A program made the translations under genes and the position numbers. A stretch of DNA of 64,000 nucleotides, taken from NCBI RefSeq assembly GCF_006345805.1, contig NC_042999.1, positions 23,250,001 through 23,314,000 of the forward strand, in the 5' to 3' direction. This stretch comes from Octopus sinensis (taxonomy: Eukaryota). Of this stretch, positions 12,965 through 25,967 are shown piece by piece (the first letter of the stretch is position 1; each line of letters starts with the position of its first letter). The notes under the pieces are model-generated. The model ran no database searches and had not been told where the DNA came from. It saw nothing but the letters and a program-made list of their open reading frames with translations.

Positions 12965-14014
12965 TCCAGAATATAACCAATATGACTCACTCTGCTCCTC
13001 ACTATCACGTCATCGTTTTCACTATCCGCTTTTCCATGCTTGCACGGGTCAGACGGAATTTGATGAGGCAGATTTTCTATGGCCAGATGCCCTTCTTGTC
13101 ACGACCCTTATCTGCTTCCTGCCCCCATGATCAGACATGTTTTCATGGGAGATTGGAAATGAAGGACCAGCTTGCATGATACTCTCTTTACTCTTTTACT
13201 TGTTTCAGTCATTTGACTGTGGCCATGCTGGAGCACCGCCTTTAGTCGAACCAATCGACTCCAGGACTTGTTCTTTGTAAGCCTAGTACTTATTCTATCG
13301 GTCTCTTTTGCCGAACTGCTAAGTTATAGGATTGTAAACACACCAGCATCGGTTGTTAAGCGATGTTGAGGGGACAAACACAGACACACAAACATATACA
13401 CACACACATACACATATAAATACATATATACGACGGGCTTCTTTCAGTTTCCGTCTACCAAATCCACTCACAAGGCTTTGGTCGGCCCGAGGCTATAGTA
13501 ACATTTGTTTACAACTTTCACACACACACACACACTTATATATTCGTTTTCTTTTATCTTTTACATTTTTAGTCACTAGAGCTTGGCCATGCTGGGGCAT
13601 CATCTTGAAGAATTTTTACTCAAATGAATGAACCCCAGTACATTTTTTACACCTGGTGCTTATTCCATCAATCTCTTTTGCTGAACCGTTAAGTTATAGG
13701 AACGTAAAGACACCAGCATCTCAAGCAGCGGTGGGGACAAACAGACACAAAGACACACACACTATAGGCTTCTTTCAGTTTCCGCCTACCAAATCTACTC
13801 ACAAGGCTTTGGTTGGCCTGAGGCTATTATAGTAGAAGACACTTGCCCAAAGTACCACGCAGTGGGACTGAACCCAGAACCCTGTGGTTGCAAAGCAAGT
13901 TTCTTACCACACAGTAATGACTATATTTATCAGATATTGGAGTAAAAGTTAATTTCGTTGTTTTTGTTTTGCTAACCAAGGTCTCTGACATGGCAGAACA
14001 AGCTAATATTAAAA

Positions 14015-14450
14015 AAGTGGAGGCACGTGGCTTAGTGGTTAGGGTGTCAGCATCATGATCGTAAGATTGTGGTTTCAATTCCTGGACCAGGCAACGCGTT
14101 GTGTTCTTGAGCAAAACACTTCATTTCACGTTGCTCCAGTCCCCTCAGCTGGCAAAAATGAGAAACGTTGCGATGGACTGACGTCCCATCCAGCTGGGGA
14201 ACACATACACTATAGAAACTGGGAAACCGGGACCATGAGCCTGGCTAGGCTTTAAAAAAGGGCATGTGGAGGCGCGTGGCTTAGTGGTTAGGGTGTCAGC
14301 ATCATAATCATAAGATTGTGGTTTCGATTCCTGGACTGGGTGACCCGCTGTGTTCTTGAGCAAAACACTTCATTTCACGTTGCTCCAGTCCACTCAGCTG
14401 GCAAAAATGAGTAATGCTGCAACGGACTGGTGTCCCGTCCAGCTGGGGAA
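14015..14450 (+). mobile_element. Tandem tRNA/CORE-like SINE family D (GTGGAGGCGCGTGGCTTAGTGG)
   Basis: A and B boxes and a CORE-like GTGTTCTTGAGCAAAACACTT segment. Also approx. 9310-9480, 22970-23100, 23925-24180. Confidence 0.8.
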
Positions 14451-15201
14451 CATACTCTGACTGAAATAACTAAAAGAAGAAATCTCTATGCAGTTAATCA
14501 ACCTGCTAGAAATAGTAGCTAAATTGCTTTTAAACTTCACTCTACCAGCTTTAAAATGGTTGCTTTGATGTTGTTGCATTTAGTCCTCAATCAACCCAAA
14601 TTGAGCAGATGTATAACCAAAGACATTCCACCCATGACCATCCTGTTTTGGATTTTTGATCTTTTTAAAGTTACGTAGGAATACATTATCTTATGTGTTC
14701 TTTCTTTTTTCAAGGAGGCAAAGTATAATTTGAAGGAAATTTGACTATTATTTCTTGCAGGTTGAACAACCAGATGGAGGTTTACTCACTGGCTCAGTTA
14801 TTTTTTTTGTTCAGTTTATAGATAAACTGTTACAATCAGAGTTATGTACCTTGCTCAAGAGTATAATAGTGACTACAGTCAGAATTGAACTCCTTTCATT
14901 TTTTTTAATTAATAATAAATCCCATTTCTTAAAAAACAGTTGTGAGGTGGCAACAGGAAGAGCAATCGACCATAAAATCCTGCCTCAAACAACTTCGCAT
15001 CTAATCCATGCAGGCATAGGGAAACAGACGTTAAAGAAACAAACAGAGACATGGCTGTGTGGTAAGAAGCTTGCTTCCCAACCACATGGTTCTGGGTTCA
15101 GTTTACTGTGTGGTACTTTCTACTATAGCCTTGGGCCGACTGAAGCCTTGTGAGTAAATTTGGTAGATGGAAACTGAAAGAAGCCCATTGCGTGTGTGTG
15201 T

Positions 15202-15247
<46 letters not shown>

Positions 15248-15489
15248 TTATGTGTGTCTATGTTTGTTGCCCACTACTGCTTGATAACTGGTATTGGTGT
15301 ATTTACATCCCTGTAACTTAGCAATTCAGTAAAAGAACCAATAGAATAAGTAATAGGCTTTAAAAAATCAAGCCCTGGGATCGATTTGTTCAGCTAAAAC
15401 CCTTCAAGGTGGTGCCCCAGCATGGCCACAGTCAAATGAGTGACAACAAGTAAAAGATAAAAGATATTGTGCCTTGTTTAGTAACTACT

Positions 15490-15890
15490 TGTACTTGTGG
15501 CGACATTCACCCTGGGCGACATTCACCTCAAGGCATCTCGAACCATGGCAGCCCACGCACAACAGTCCTACGCCAATTCACTGGAGATAGAGAGCCAGTC
15601 ACGGTTCCATCGGCGCAGGCTAACCATCTGCGGTCCCGTGAGCACAGAGAGGTCCTCCTTGATTGTCGTAGCTCAGGTCTTCAGCTGCCCGCCCATGCAT
15701 TTCCACCAGTTGGGAAGTGGAGTTGGAAGGACATCACAGCTCAGTTCATCCACCGAATGCCTACATGCATGGCCAAACCACCGCAAGCACCGTTGCAGAA
15801 GGACAGATGGAAGGGGCCGTAGAGGCAGGCAAAGTCGAAGATTGGCGGTGGAAACTCGATCCACCCGACGGCAGCGAAGAATTGTTTAGG
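15490..15890 (-). mobile_element. RTE-clade LINE C-terminal fragment
   Basis: LRWFGHA.R....L..D.L.....W....GGQLKTW. Confidence 0.8.
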
Positions 15891-15999
15891 AATATAACTA
15901 TTGAGCGTCATTGAAAACGAAAGAAAGAGAAAGCATAGTAGAGATGGTCAACTAAGAATGTATTCTAGTCTCAAAATAAGATCCTTTTCATAATCTTAC

Positions 16000-16155
16000 C
16001 ACAACTGTATCCAAAAGTTCGCCAACATTGTTGAGAATTGTTCCTGGTTTTACATCTGCAACACAAGGCTTACAGTCTTTCTTCCAGAGCACAATCTCGC
16101 AGGCTTCACAGGCATAGTTGCACATTAAGGCCAACAATATAGCGACTTGCTGTTT
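16000..16155 (-). CDS. TEP1: TEP1 exon 14 (KQQVAILLALMCNYACE...GTILNNVGELLDTVV)
   Basis: ccacag| and GTG|gtaaga. 156 nt, phase 0-0. LLxLMC..ACE motif. Confidence 0.92.
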
Positions 16156-16309
16156 CTGTGGAAAAACAAAAATGAGAAGTGCTAAATTTTTCGTTCGTCT
16201 TCCAATTGCTTTTTTTAATATTTTAGCATTCAGTCTATAAATCTCAAGTAGAAAAGTTACATGCATATATGATGAGACAGCTGTGACAGATTATGGATAT
16301 AATAATAAT

Positions 16310-16975
16310 AATGAAATTATTGTATACAGTGCTCAGGTGCACCACAACTCGTCAAAAGTGTGTATAAAGCAAATGCAGTAATGTACAAATGTCTGGAAAG
16401 TGAACAGTGTATGAGTCAGATACAAGCTTGCATGTGTATGGAGGGGAGAAAATCAGGTGTAGTGTTGGCAAATCTCAGGAAGCATGGAAGTTTTGAAGGA
16501 TGCAGTGCTCCGACAACTAACAACTGATGCTGGCAGTTTGTTCCATATTTCAGCAACTCTTAGTGTGAAAAAGTGCTTCCGGAAGTCATGGGAGCTGTGC
16601 TGTTTTCTGACTTTGTAAACATGTCCACGGTTGTTAGACAGGTGGAGTTTGAAAAGGTGCTCAGAGTTATTGTTAGTAAGATGGTTAATAATTTTATGGG
16701 TGTCTGCCAAGTCAGCTGCCAGACGTCGGAGTTTCAACGTATCCATGCCCAGGGAAGTAAGACGTTCAGAATATAGCAAATGCCTGATGGAGGGTATTCT
16801 TTTGGTTGCACATCGCTGAACAGTTTCCAGACGATTAATATCCTGGGCAAGATAGGGATTCCAGACAAGTGATGCAAATTCCAGGTGAGGCTGCACCATA
16901 GCTATATAAAGCCTCAGATATATAAAGCCCAGAGAGTGGCTCACAAAGGACTTGGTAAGTGATGCCAAGACACCC
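16310..16975 (-). mobile_element. CR1-type LINE 3' end (longer copy)
   Basis: LYIAMVQPHLEFAS.VWNPY..DI..LE.VQR.ATK.I...LYSERL..LG..TL..RR. Confidence 0.92.
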
Positions 16976-17210
16976 TCACTCTATTTGACAAGATCAGGAA
17001 TGATGAGATCCTCTGGAAACATCTTCACTGATAGAAATTTATGTTGGTCGGGACATGTGTACAGGATGGGCATCAAAAGACCTACCCACCCCACCAGACA
17101 AATCCTTTACTCCCAACAATGTAAGGGGAAAATAAATCAGGGAAAACCTAGACTGGGATTCAAAGGTACTGAAAAAAGGAATATGGGGACAGTGACAAGT
17201 GACTGAAGAC
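16975..17210 (+). mobile_element. Decayed RTE-clade LINE fragment
   Basis: IRNDEILW....L.WSGHVYRM...ILYSQ...G.PRL.FK. Confidence 0.65.
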
Positions 17211-18408
17211 CTGACAAGCCAAGTGAGATTGTAGTTATGGCTGGTGGTGGTGTTTCGGAACTGGCATCCATGCCAGTGGAACGTTAAAAAGCACCGACTA
17301 CACTCTTGGAGTGGTTGGCATTGGGAAGGGCATCCAACTGTAGAAACCATACCGAGTCAGAATGGAACTTGGTGCAGCTCCCCAGTTTACTGGTTTTCAA
17401 ACAGCCCAACCCATGAAGAAGAAGAAGAAGAAGAAGAAGGTGGTGGTGGTGGTGGAGGAGGGGTCGGAGGAAGAGGGGGCAGGAGTGAGGAGAGGAGGGG
17501 GTGTGAGGAGGAGGTGTGAGGAGGAAGAGGAGGAGGAAGAGGAGGCGGAGGGGGATGTGGTGGTGGAGGGGTGATGTGGTGGTGGAGGGGTGATGTGGTG
17601 GTGGGGGGGGCTGTTAGAAGGTGGAGGGGGGAGAGGAGGGTGGGGGCCTGAGGAGAGGAGGAGGAGGAGGAGGAGGAGTGGAAAGGAATTGATCAGAAGA
17701 AATGGCAAACTCGAGCAAAAAAAAACTGACCAGCATGGAGAAAGCTTATCAAGTCCTGCCAAAGCCATGAACAGTCATAATCACAATGATTGACTGCAGA
17801 TCAATAGAGAGCGTTCAGATTATGCTGTCAAATGTACCACTTGTCTATTCTCATTAATTTGAATCAATCATCTCATAGCTTTGAGACTTCGATGATGTGA
17901 TTGCTTATTCTGAGAATGATATTGTAGGGTAGGTGCAGAATGTTTAGGTATTCCCAATCATCTCTTTCATGATCATCATCACCATCATCATTTAACGTCT
18001 GCTTTCCATGCTAGCATGGGTTGGACGACTTTGACTGAGGACTGGCAAACCAGATGGCGCACCAGGATCAAATCTGATCTGGCAGAGTTTCTACAGCTGG
18101 ATGCCCTTCCTAACGCCAACCACTCCGAGAGTGTAGTGGGTGCTTTTACGTGCCACCGGCATGAGGGCCAATCAAGCAGTAATGGCAACAGCCACGCTCA
18201 AATGGTGTTTTTTACATGCCACCAGCACAGGAGCTAGTCCAGCGGCACTGGCAACGACGTCGCTCGAATGTTTTTTTTCATATGCCACCGGCACAAGTGC
18301 CAGTAAGGCGACGCTGGTAATGATCATGCTCAAATGGTGCGTTTTACGTGCCACCGGCACGGAATGGAAATAAATGAAAGGAAAATATTAAACTGTTTTT
18401 TTACTTAC

Positions 18409-18592
18409 AGTCCATGATTTTCCAAGTCCTTTCGCTGATTTGCAAGCACTCTTCCTTGCCCCTTCATCAACAAGGTTGCAAAGTATAACAGTCCTTCCTT
18501 TGACTGGACGCAGGTTATGGTTAGTAGCAAGCTTCATGGCCTTGTCAAGTGCTGCTTTGTAGGTATCTAAATTCTCCTTTGTATAATTAGTC
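18409..18592 (-). CDS. TEP1: TEP1 exon 13 (TNYTKENLDTYKAALDKAMKLATNHNLRPVKGRTVILC...GLGKSWT)
   Basis: ctttcag| and ACT|gtaagt. 184 nt, phase 2-0. Y..AL..A....N..P..GRT at the TROVE/vWA junction. Confidence 0.95.
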
Positions 18593-18833
18593 CTGAAAGT
18601 AAAATATGCCAGCGGAAATGTTGAAAGGAAGATAAAGATTAAAATAATAAAAGACTATATTAAATGAAAAAAAAAAGGCATTGGAGGGACCATGCATTTA
18701 CTGCATGCAGATAAATTTTTTTTGCAAATTATAGTGAGGCTTACAATGCTTTGCTTACCCAGGCTTTTTAATTGAACTGAATTGTTTCTTTTTTTTTAAG
18801 TATCACCATTATAAATGAAATTAAGAAATCAAA

Positions 18834-19222
18834 TCTCTCTCTATATAAAGCTGAAGTTGTCTGTGTGTGGCAGGCTTGGTAGCCTTCAACTAACACTATC
18901 TCCTCCGAGACCCTGCGGCGCAAGTTGACCAAAATTGAGAGTATGATAGAAGAAGGCTTGCTCTTCCTTCCATAGAAAAAATTCAAATCAGACCATGTTA
19001 ACACCAAAAGTTATTTACATCAAGAAGGTGCATTTTTTCTATGAAAATCCCTATTTTTTACGATTTTTTGACTACTGTGTCGCCATTTTTCAGTGTATTT
19101 CAACAAGAAAAATGTTCACTTAAAGAAGATAACAAGCTACATAATGCAAAATTTTTACTTTTCAAAAATTCTAATTCTAAAGGGTCGAAACAAACCTGAG
19201 CAACGCCAGGTGATACTGCTAG
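18834..19222 (+). mobile_element. Non-autonomous Helitron (same family as 12576)
   Basis: Near identity to 12576-12964. A|TC...CTAG|T. Confidence 0.8.
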
Positions 19223-19680
19223 TTCTAAATAAATGAAACCCTCGAATCCATCTCTGTACATACATACACACACACACACACGTACAGTCACATGTCTATA
19301 TGTATTTATGTATGTACGCACATTTGTCTACGTACATAGGTACACCATGATCTATACACATGCAGATGAGGGTCAATTCACATGAAAAAGAAAGTGAACA
19401 AAAATAATATGACCACTTGCTTATCGGGAAATTTGTAAGTTCGACTTTATTTTTTGTTTAAGATAATCAAACCAAATGTTCATCATTTTTGAGCCACTTG
19501 CCCAATGAGTATTTCTGCCAAATTTGGTGAAAATCCATTCAGCCGTTTTCCAGTAATTTTGCAAACACTCAGATAAACAGACAAAGACAAGTGATTACAA
19601 TACCCTGCTTTCGTTTACACATGCAGGGTAATTAATTAATTAAAACTGAATAGAAAACTTATTAACAAATAATTACATAT

Positions 19681-19909
19681 TTAACTCTTTAGCATTCAAA
19701 CTGGTCGTATCAGGCCTAAATATTCTACCAGCTTTGTGTTTAAACTGGCCAGGTTTGGCCTCTTACACCTATCCTACAATGTTATTCTAAAAATAAACAA
19801 TCACATCGTTGATATCTCAAAGCAATGGAGATAATTCATGATTAATTCAAAACAATGTGAATAAATAAGCAATACATTTGACAAAGTAATCTGAATGCTA
19901 AAGGGTTAA
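19681..19909. mobile_element. Second piggyBac-like MITE family
   Basis: TTAA-CTCTTTAGCATTCA ... TGAATGCTAAAGGG-TTAA. Confidence 0.75.
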
Positions 19910-20020
19910 AAATATACAGTGTGTGTTTGTGTGTGTGTGTGTGTGTGTGTAAAGAGCTAAAAAGGCATAAAAAAAAATAAAACCAGAAGAGAGAGAAAAA
20001 AACAAAAATAATTTACTTAC

Positions 20021-20054
20021 AAATACTTTTTCCGTTTTTTTTCAGGTGATACTC
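20021..20054 (-). CDS. TEP1: TEP1 micro-exon 12 (GVSPEKKRKKYL)
   Basis: tttacag| and TTT|gtaagt. 34 nt, open as phase 1-2, which fits exon 13. Confidence 0.8.
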
Positions 20055-20179
20055 CTGTAAATTAAGAAAAAAAGTTTTTCACCATATGAAATCATCATTG
20101 ACATCATCATATTTAACATCTGCTTTTCCATGCTGTCATGAGTTGGACAGTTTGACAGGAACTATAAAACTAGAAGATT

Positions 20180-20530
20180 GGGGGTGGAGGGGGGAAGGTG
20201 GTGGTGGTGAAGGCAGAGGAGGAGGGAGGATGTGAGGTGAGGAGGAGGAGGAAGACGAAAAGGTAGAGGAGGGGGAAGAGGAGGGGGAAGAGGAAGAGGA
20301 GGAGGGGTGAAGAGAGAAGGAGGGGAAGGGGTGGAAGGGAGGAGGGGTGAAGAAGAGGGGGGAGAAGAGGAGGAGGGTGACGAAGAGGAGGAGGGGTGAA
20401 GAAGAGGAGGAGGGGTGAAGAAGAGGAGGAGGGGTGAAGAAGAGGAGGAGGGGTGAAGAAGAGGAGGAGGGGGGTGAAGAAGAGGAAGAAGAAGAAGAGG
20501 AGGGGAAGGAGGAGGAAGAAGGAGGGAGGA
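20180..20530. repeat. Homopurine (GAG/GAA) microsatellite tract
   Basis: Similar tracts at 5260-5480, 7400-7680, 17410-17690 and 40260-40430. Confidence 0.9.
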
Positions 20531-21202
20531 GGACCAAGCCAGATTGAACATGCTGGCAGAAAATTATTTCCCTATGCAATCAAGACACACAGGAAGACCT
20601 AAGTTCAAGTAGGTTTGTTACAAGACTTCTGATCTGAAGTACAAGTTACAATCTTTGTCGAGATGTTTCTTACTGCGGTAACCCTATCCATGAGTCATGG
20701 TTTCTTCCCCACTTTTCATTCACCAGACTCAGAGGCCCTAGCAAAACTCACAGGCATAAGCTTATAGGGTGCAGGCAAAGTTGTGTGGTTAAGAAGATTG
20801 CTTTGCAACCATGTGGTTACAGGTTCAGTTCCACTGCACAGCACCATGGGCAAGTGTTTTTTACTATGGCCTCAGACTAAACAATGCCTTGTGAATAAAT
20901 TTGATAGATGGAAACTGTGAGGAAGCCCAATGTATGTGTGTGTGTGTGTATGTATGTGTGTGTGTATGTGTATGTATGTGTGCATGTCTTTGTGGTTGTG
21001 TTTATCCACTATCACCACTTGGTAACCAGTGTTGGTTTGTTTGCATCTCCATAACTTTACAATTCAGTAAAAGAAACCAAACAGACAGGAACCAGACTTA
21101 AAATAAGAACAGGGGTTATCTTACAATCCTATATTTAAGAGATGAGGAATTATGTACATTATTTACATTAAATGGATATTTGTCCTCATCTTGTTTGTTG
21201 TT

Positions 21203-21248
21203 AACACAATGTTTCGGCTGATATACCCGCCAGCCTTCATCAGGTGTC
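21203..21248 (-). ncRNA. Hammerhead H1 copy, stem III decayed (ACAU)
   Basis: Same H1 pLTR sequence at 21118-21300 with a CpG transition in stem III. Confidence 0.7.
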
Positions 21249-21639
21249 TTGGGAAAATTTCGAACCTGGGTTCTCATTCCTAAGATATTTTTTGATGTTA
21301 TTCAATAAAGCCATGGGCATGTGGCCTAGTGGTTAAGAGCACGGGCCACTAACCCCAAGATTCCGAGTTCAATTCCAGGCAGTGACCTGAATAATAATAA
21401 TAATTATTATTATTGTTGTTGTTGTTGTTCAGGTCACTGCTTGGAATCAAACTTGGAATCTTAGGGTTAGTAGTCCGTGCTCTTAACCACTACGCCATAT
21501 GACCATGGGCATATCCATCAAATGTAAATAATGTAAATAAGGAGTTGTCTTGTAAAACTAAAACCCTTCAAAGCAATGCCCCAGCATGGCCACAGTCCAA
21601 TGACCGAAATAAGTAAAACAACAAAAGATTAAAGCTTAC

Positions 21640-21697
21640 CATCTTCTGCTTTATCCAAATCCTTTCCATTTGTTCTAAGACAGCATAAGCACTGAAG
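21640..21697 (-). pseudogene. Partial tandem duplicate of the 3' half of TEP1 exon 11 with its donor
   Basis: About 155-bp unit 21544-21697 repeated at 21698-21860. The copies differ mainly by small indels. Confidence 0.85.
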
Positions 21698-21800
21698 GGT
21701 TGTCTTGTAAAACTAAAACCCTTCAAGCATGCCCCAGCATGGCCACAGTCCAATGCCATGACCGACATAAAGTTTAAACCACCAAAAGATTAAAGCTTAC

Positions 21801-21898
21801 CATCTTCTGCTTATATCCAAATCCTTTTCCATTTGTTCTAAGACAGCATAAGCACTGAAGAACTGCGTTGGAAGCTGCTTACTGTGGATCACGTTATT
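21801..21898 (-). CDS. TEP1: TEP1 exon 11 (NNVIHSKQLPTQFFSAYAVLEQMEKDLD...), apparent +1 frameshift near its 3' end
   Basis: ttttag| and ATG|gtaagc. 98 nt as written, but 97 nt is needed to keep phase with exon 12. Confidence 0.88.
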
Positions 21899-22599
21899 CT
21901 AAAATAAAAACAGAAAAAAAAAGGGAAATTCCATTATTTTATGTGTTGCATCATCATCATCATCATCATCATCGTTTAACGTCCGCTTTCCATGCTAGCA
22001 TGAGTTGGACGATTTTGACTGAGGGCTGGCGAACCAGATGGCTGCACCAGGCTCCAATCTTGAAATGGTAGAGTTTCTACAGCTGGATGCCCTTCCTAAT
22101 GCCAACCACTCCGAGAGTATAGCAGGTGCTTTTATGTGCCACCGGCACGAGGGCCAGTCGGATGGTACTGGCAACAGCCACGCTCAAATGGTGTTTTTTA
22201 CGTGCCACCTGCACAGGAGCCAGTCCAGCGGCACTGGCAACAACCTTGCTCGAATGTTTTTTCACGTGCCACCGGCACGCTCGAATGGTGCTTTTTACGT
22301 GCCACCGGCACGAAGCCAGTTAGCTCCTCTGGCAATGATCATGCTCACCCAAAACTATTATTATAATAGTTTTGGGTTTCTCAAGGACTCCTGTGCAGGT
22401 GACATTAGTCACTCTAGTGGATATTTAAAATGGTGCACAGAGAGTGTAGGTGGAACCTCTTCAGGAGGCATGAACAGGAGATATCAATAACAAAAAAAAA
22501 ATTAATATTATGACAGAATTTCACAAAACAAAGAAGAATTTTAAAAACAACAAAGAAAAACAGATAACATTAAAATACAATAAAATGAAATAAAAATAC

Positions 22600-22709
22600 C
22601 TCATCAGACAACTTTTGCAGTACGAGCCGTGTGTGTTTGCTCGAGATCTCTGCTGTAATCAAATTTCTGATATTCCTCAGCGTAGCCATATATGGTAATT
22701 TTCTATGAT
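22600..22709 (-). CDS. TEP1: TEP1 exon 10 (DHRKLPYMATLRNIRNL...LQKLSDE)
   Basis: tcattag| and GAG|gtattt. 110 nt, phase 1-0. Equivalent of the KLPxMAxLRN TROVE motif. Confidence 0.95.
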
Positions 22710-24309
22710 CTAATGAAATTTAAGAAGAAAGAGAAGATTGTTAATATATATATATACTGCTGAGACCCCCTTCGATCATGACTGACCATGGGATTGCACC
22801 TAGAAAGTTAACCTCTGAGGCACAAGTCCAGGCAAGGTTGTTTATGGAAGACCAGCAGTCGCCCATGCATACCAGCCTCCCCTTTCCATGCCACCGATGT
22901 TATCCAAAGGAGAGGCAAAGGGGGCGATACAGCTTGGCACCGGTGGCGTCGCAACTCATTTCTGCAGCTGAGTGAACTGGAGCAATGTGAAATAAAGCAT
23001 CTTGCTCAAGAACACAACACGCAGCCCGGTCCGGGATTCGAACTCACAACCTCATGATAATAAGATCAACACTCTAACCACTGAGCCATGTGACTTCACA
23101 TATATATATATATATATAAAACATTGCCATTTTAATGTCCACTTTTCCATGCTTTCATGAATCAGACAGAGTTTATTGAGGCAAATATTCTGTGGTTGAT
23201 TCCCTTCTTGTTGTCAACCCTAACCTGTGCGTATATTTCTGTGTGTGTGTATGTGTGCACGCATATGCACATGCATGTGGGTGCATTTCTGTGTAGCTTT
23301 GTTTTGACATGATGCAATGATTGCAAATGAGCATCACCATCATACAAGCAATGGTTTTTGCTTCTAGTTTTCCATGGAAGACATGTCTGACCATGGGTGG
23401 ATATTACCTTGCTTGAAAACAGGTGAGTGTTGGCAACAGCAAGGGTATCCAGCCATAGAATATCTGCTTCAGTGAATTCTGTCTGACCCATGCCAACATG
23501 GAAAAGTGGCATTTAATAATTTTGGCACTAGGAAGGACCTCTAGCCAAAGAAACCATGCCAAAACAGACATTTGGGGCCTGAGCAGCTCTCCGGCTGGCC
23601 AACCCCTGCCAAACTGTTCAACCCATGCCAACATGTCTTGTTCCTTCTCAAGCCATGCCTGTCTCATAAGGGCCGGTTTCCCAGTTTCCTTGGTGTATAG
23701 GTCCCCCACCTGGACAGGACGCCAATCCATTGCAGGTGAGCTGCAAAATGCAGGAGGAAAGAGTGAAAGTTGTGGCAAAAGTATCAGCAGAAGTTCACCA
23801 TTAAGCTTCTGCCAGAGCCGCATGGAGCTTAGGTCATAAACACACACATCACCTGGTCTGAGATTCGAACCCGCAATCCCTCAACCGCAAGTCCGCTGCT
23901 CTAACCACTAGGCCATGTGCCTTCACAACTAAATGCGCCCTTTTAAAGCCTAGCCAGGCTCATGGGCCCGGTTTCCCGGTTTCTGTGGCGTATGTGTTCC
24001 CCAGCTGGACAGGACGCCAGTCCATCGCAGCGTTACTCATTTTTGCCAGCTGAGTGGACAGGAGCAACGTGAAATGAAGTGTTTTGCTCAAGAACACAAC
24101 GCGTCGCCCGGTCCAGGAATCGAAACCACAATCTTACGATCATGATGCTGACACCCTAACCACTAACCAACGCACCTCCACACCATGCCAACATGGAAAA
24201 AGTGATGTTAAATGGTGGAGGTGATGTTGGCAATATAAATGAAAAGATGATCAAGCAATTTGTTCCCAGGTTAGAGAACAAACAGACCAGCAAACTTCAA
24301 AATACTCAC

Positions 24310-24467
24310 CTATCAGGGATTGCCAAACACTAGCCTTGTTGCCATGTGAGGAAACTTGGGTCTCCCATGTTTCTGGGACTGGCAGTTTCATCCTCTTGCC
24401 AGCTCTTTTTTCATCAAAAGTACCATCCAATCGTGATTTATAAAATTCTTCAAGACTTTCTGGATAC
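24310..24467 (-). CDS. TEP1: TEP1 exon 9 (YPESLEEFYKSRLDG...RAGKRMKLPVPETWETQVSSHGNKASVWQSLI)
   Basis: ctttcag| and TAG|gtgagt. 158 nt, phase 2-1. RAGKRMKL..PETWE..GNKA is characteristic of TEP1. Confidence 0.97.
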
Positions 24468-25209
24468 CTGAAAGAAAACAATAAGCAGAATATGAATATC
24501 CTGTTTAAAATGTTCCTGAAATGGTAAAAGAATAAAATGACTATGGATACTTTCAAAGGTTGTAGAATGGACATCATTGCTTTGGAGGTCTCTTCATTTT
24601 AATGGAAAATGAAAAGGGAGAGCAAGGAGAAATTAAAGAAGGAAATTAAAATTTTTAATATTATTTTTTATTTTATGTACCCAGGCCTATACCCTATTTT
24701 TTTTAGGAAGGGTTAGCCACAAGAAGACACACACCAGGCATTCCATTCGTTTCCTAGCTCAAAGAGGTGAACCCTGTTCTATGCTCGGGTCAAGGCATAG
24801 AACGCAACCCCCAATACTAGCAGCAGGGCCTGACAGCATATCCTGGTTCCATACTTCTTTAAGCAATATCAAATTCACTCATCCATCCACAAACACTGTG
24901 CGTGTGTGTGCAAAAGCACTATCCGAATCATGGCCGAAGCCAGTGCCGCCTCGACTGGCTTCCGTGCCGGTGGCACGTAAAATGCACCAATCCGACCGTG
25001 GCCGATGCCAGCCTCGCCTGGCACCAGTGCAGGTGGCACGTAAAAAGCACCCACTACACTCACGGAGTGGTTGGCGTTAGGAAGGGCATCCAGCTGTAGA
25101 AACATTGCCAGATAAGACCGGAGCCTGGTGCAACCTTCTGGCTTCCCAGCTCTCCGGTCGAACCATCCAACCCATGCTAGCATGGAGAACGGACGTTAAA
25201 CGATGATGA

Positions 25210-25267
<58 letters not shown>

Positions 25268-25610
25268 GACAGGCTTCTTTCAGTTTCTGCCTATCAAATC
25301 CACTCACAAGGCTTTGGTCAGTCTGAGGCTATAGTAGAAGACATTTGGCCAAGGTTCCAGGCAGTGGGGCTGAACCTGGAACCATGTGATTGGGAAGCGA
25401 GCTTCTTACCACACAGCCACACCTGCACCTAATGGTAACACACTTTTAACACCATCATTGTGAGGTCAAGGTAAATAGACTGTAAAGTGCACACACACAC
25501 AGTTGTCATGCTCAAACTATTAATATTCTCATAATGATGAACATATGAACATTTACATTATTTACATTATTTACATTCGACGGATATTTTTTCTCGTCTT
25601 GTTTGTTGTT

Positions 25611-25656
25611 AACACAATATTTCAGCTGATATACCCTCCAACTTTCTTCAGGTGTC
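25611..25656 (-). ncRNA. Degenerate hammerhead H1 copy
   Basis: Core CUGAAGA/GAAA retained; stems II and III mutated. Followed by an inverted pLTR tail at about 25670-25725. Confidence 0.55.
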
Positions 25657-25792
25657 ATGGAGAAATTTCAAATGTAAATAATGTAAATAATGTACATAAT
25701 TCCTCATCTCTTAGATATAGAACTATATGAAAATTTAATTTTCTTTAATTAATTAAATACATATGGAAAAAAAAAAAAAAAATGCTACTAAC

Positions 25793-25911
25793 TTTTTACC
25801 AATTAGACACATTACATGATTAATTGGTTTGGCAATGTGAAGTTGTCTCACAAGCTGTTTCAGTGTGTACATCCGAGTACCATTCCTTTTGTGCATTTCA
25901 CATCTGGTTGT
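25793..25911 (-). CDS. TEP1: TEP1 exon 8 (TTRCEM...TLKQLVRQLHIAKPINHVMCLIGKK)
   Basis: tttgcag| and AAA|gttagt. 119 nt, phase 0-2. Confidence 0.93.
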
Positions 25912-25967
25912 CTGCAAAATTTATAAAACAAAAGCATATATACATATATCTATATAGATACACATAT

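Noticed and set aside
21315-21390. Functional tRNA gene
   Set aside because: Acceptor and T stems are imperfect and the sequence is embedded in a repeated pLTR module.
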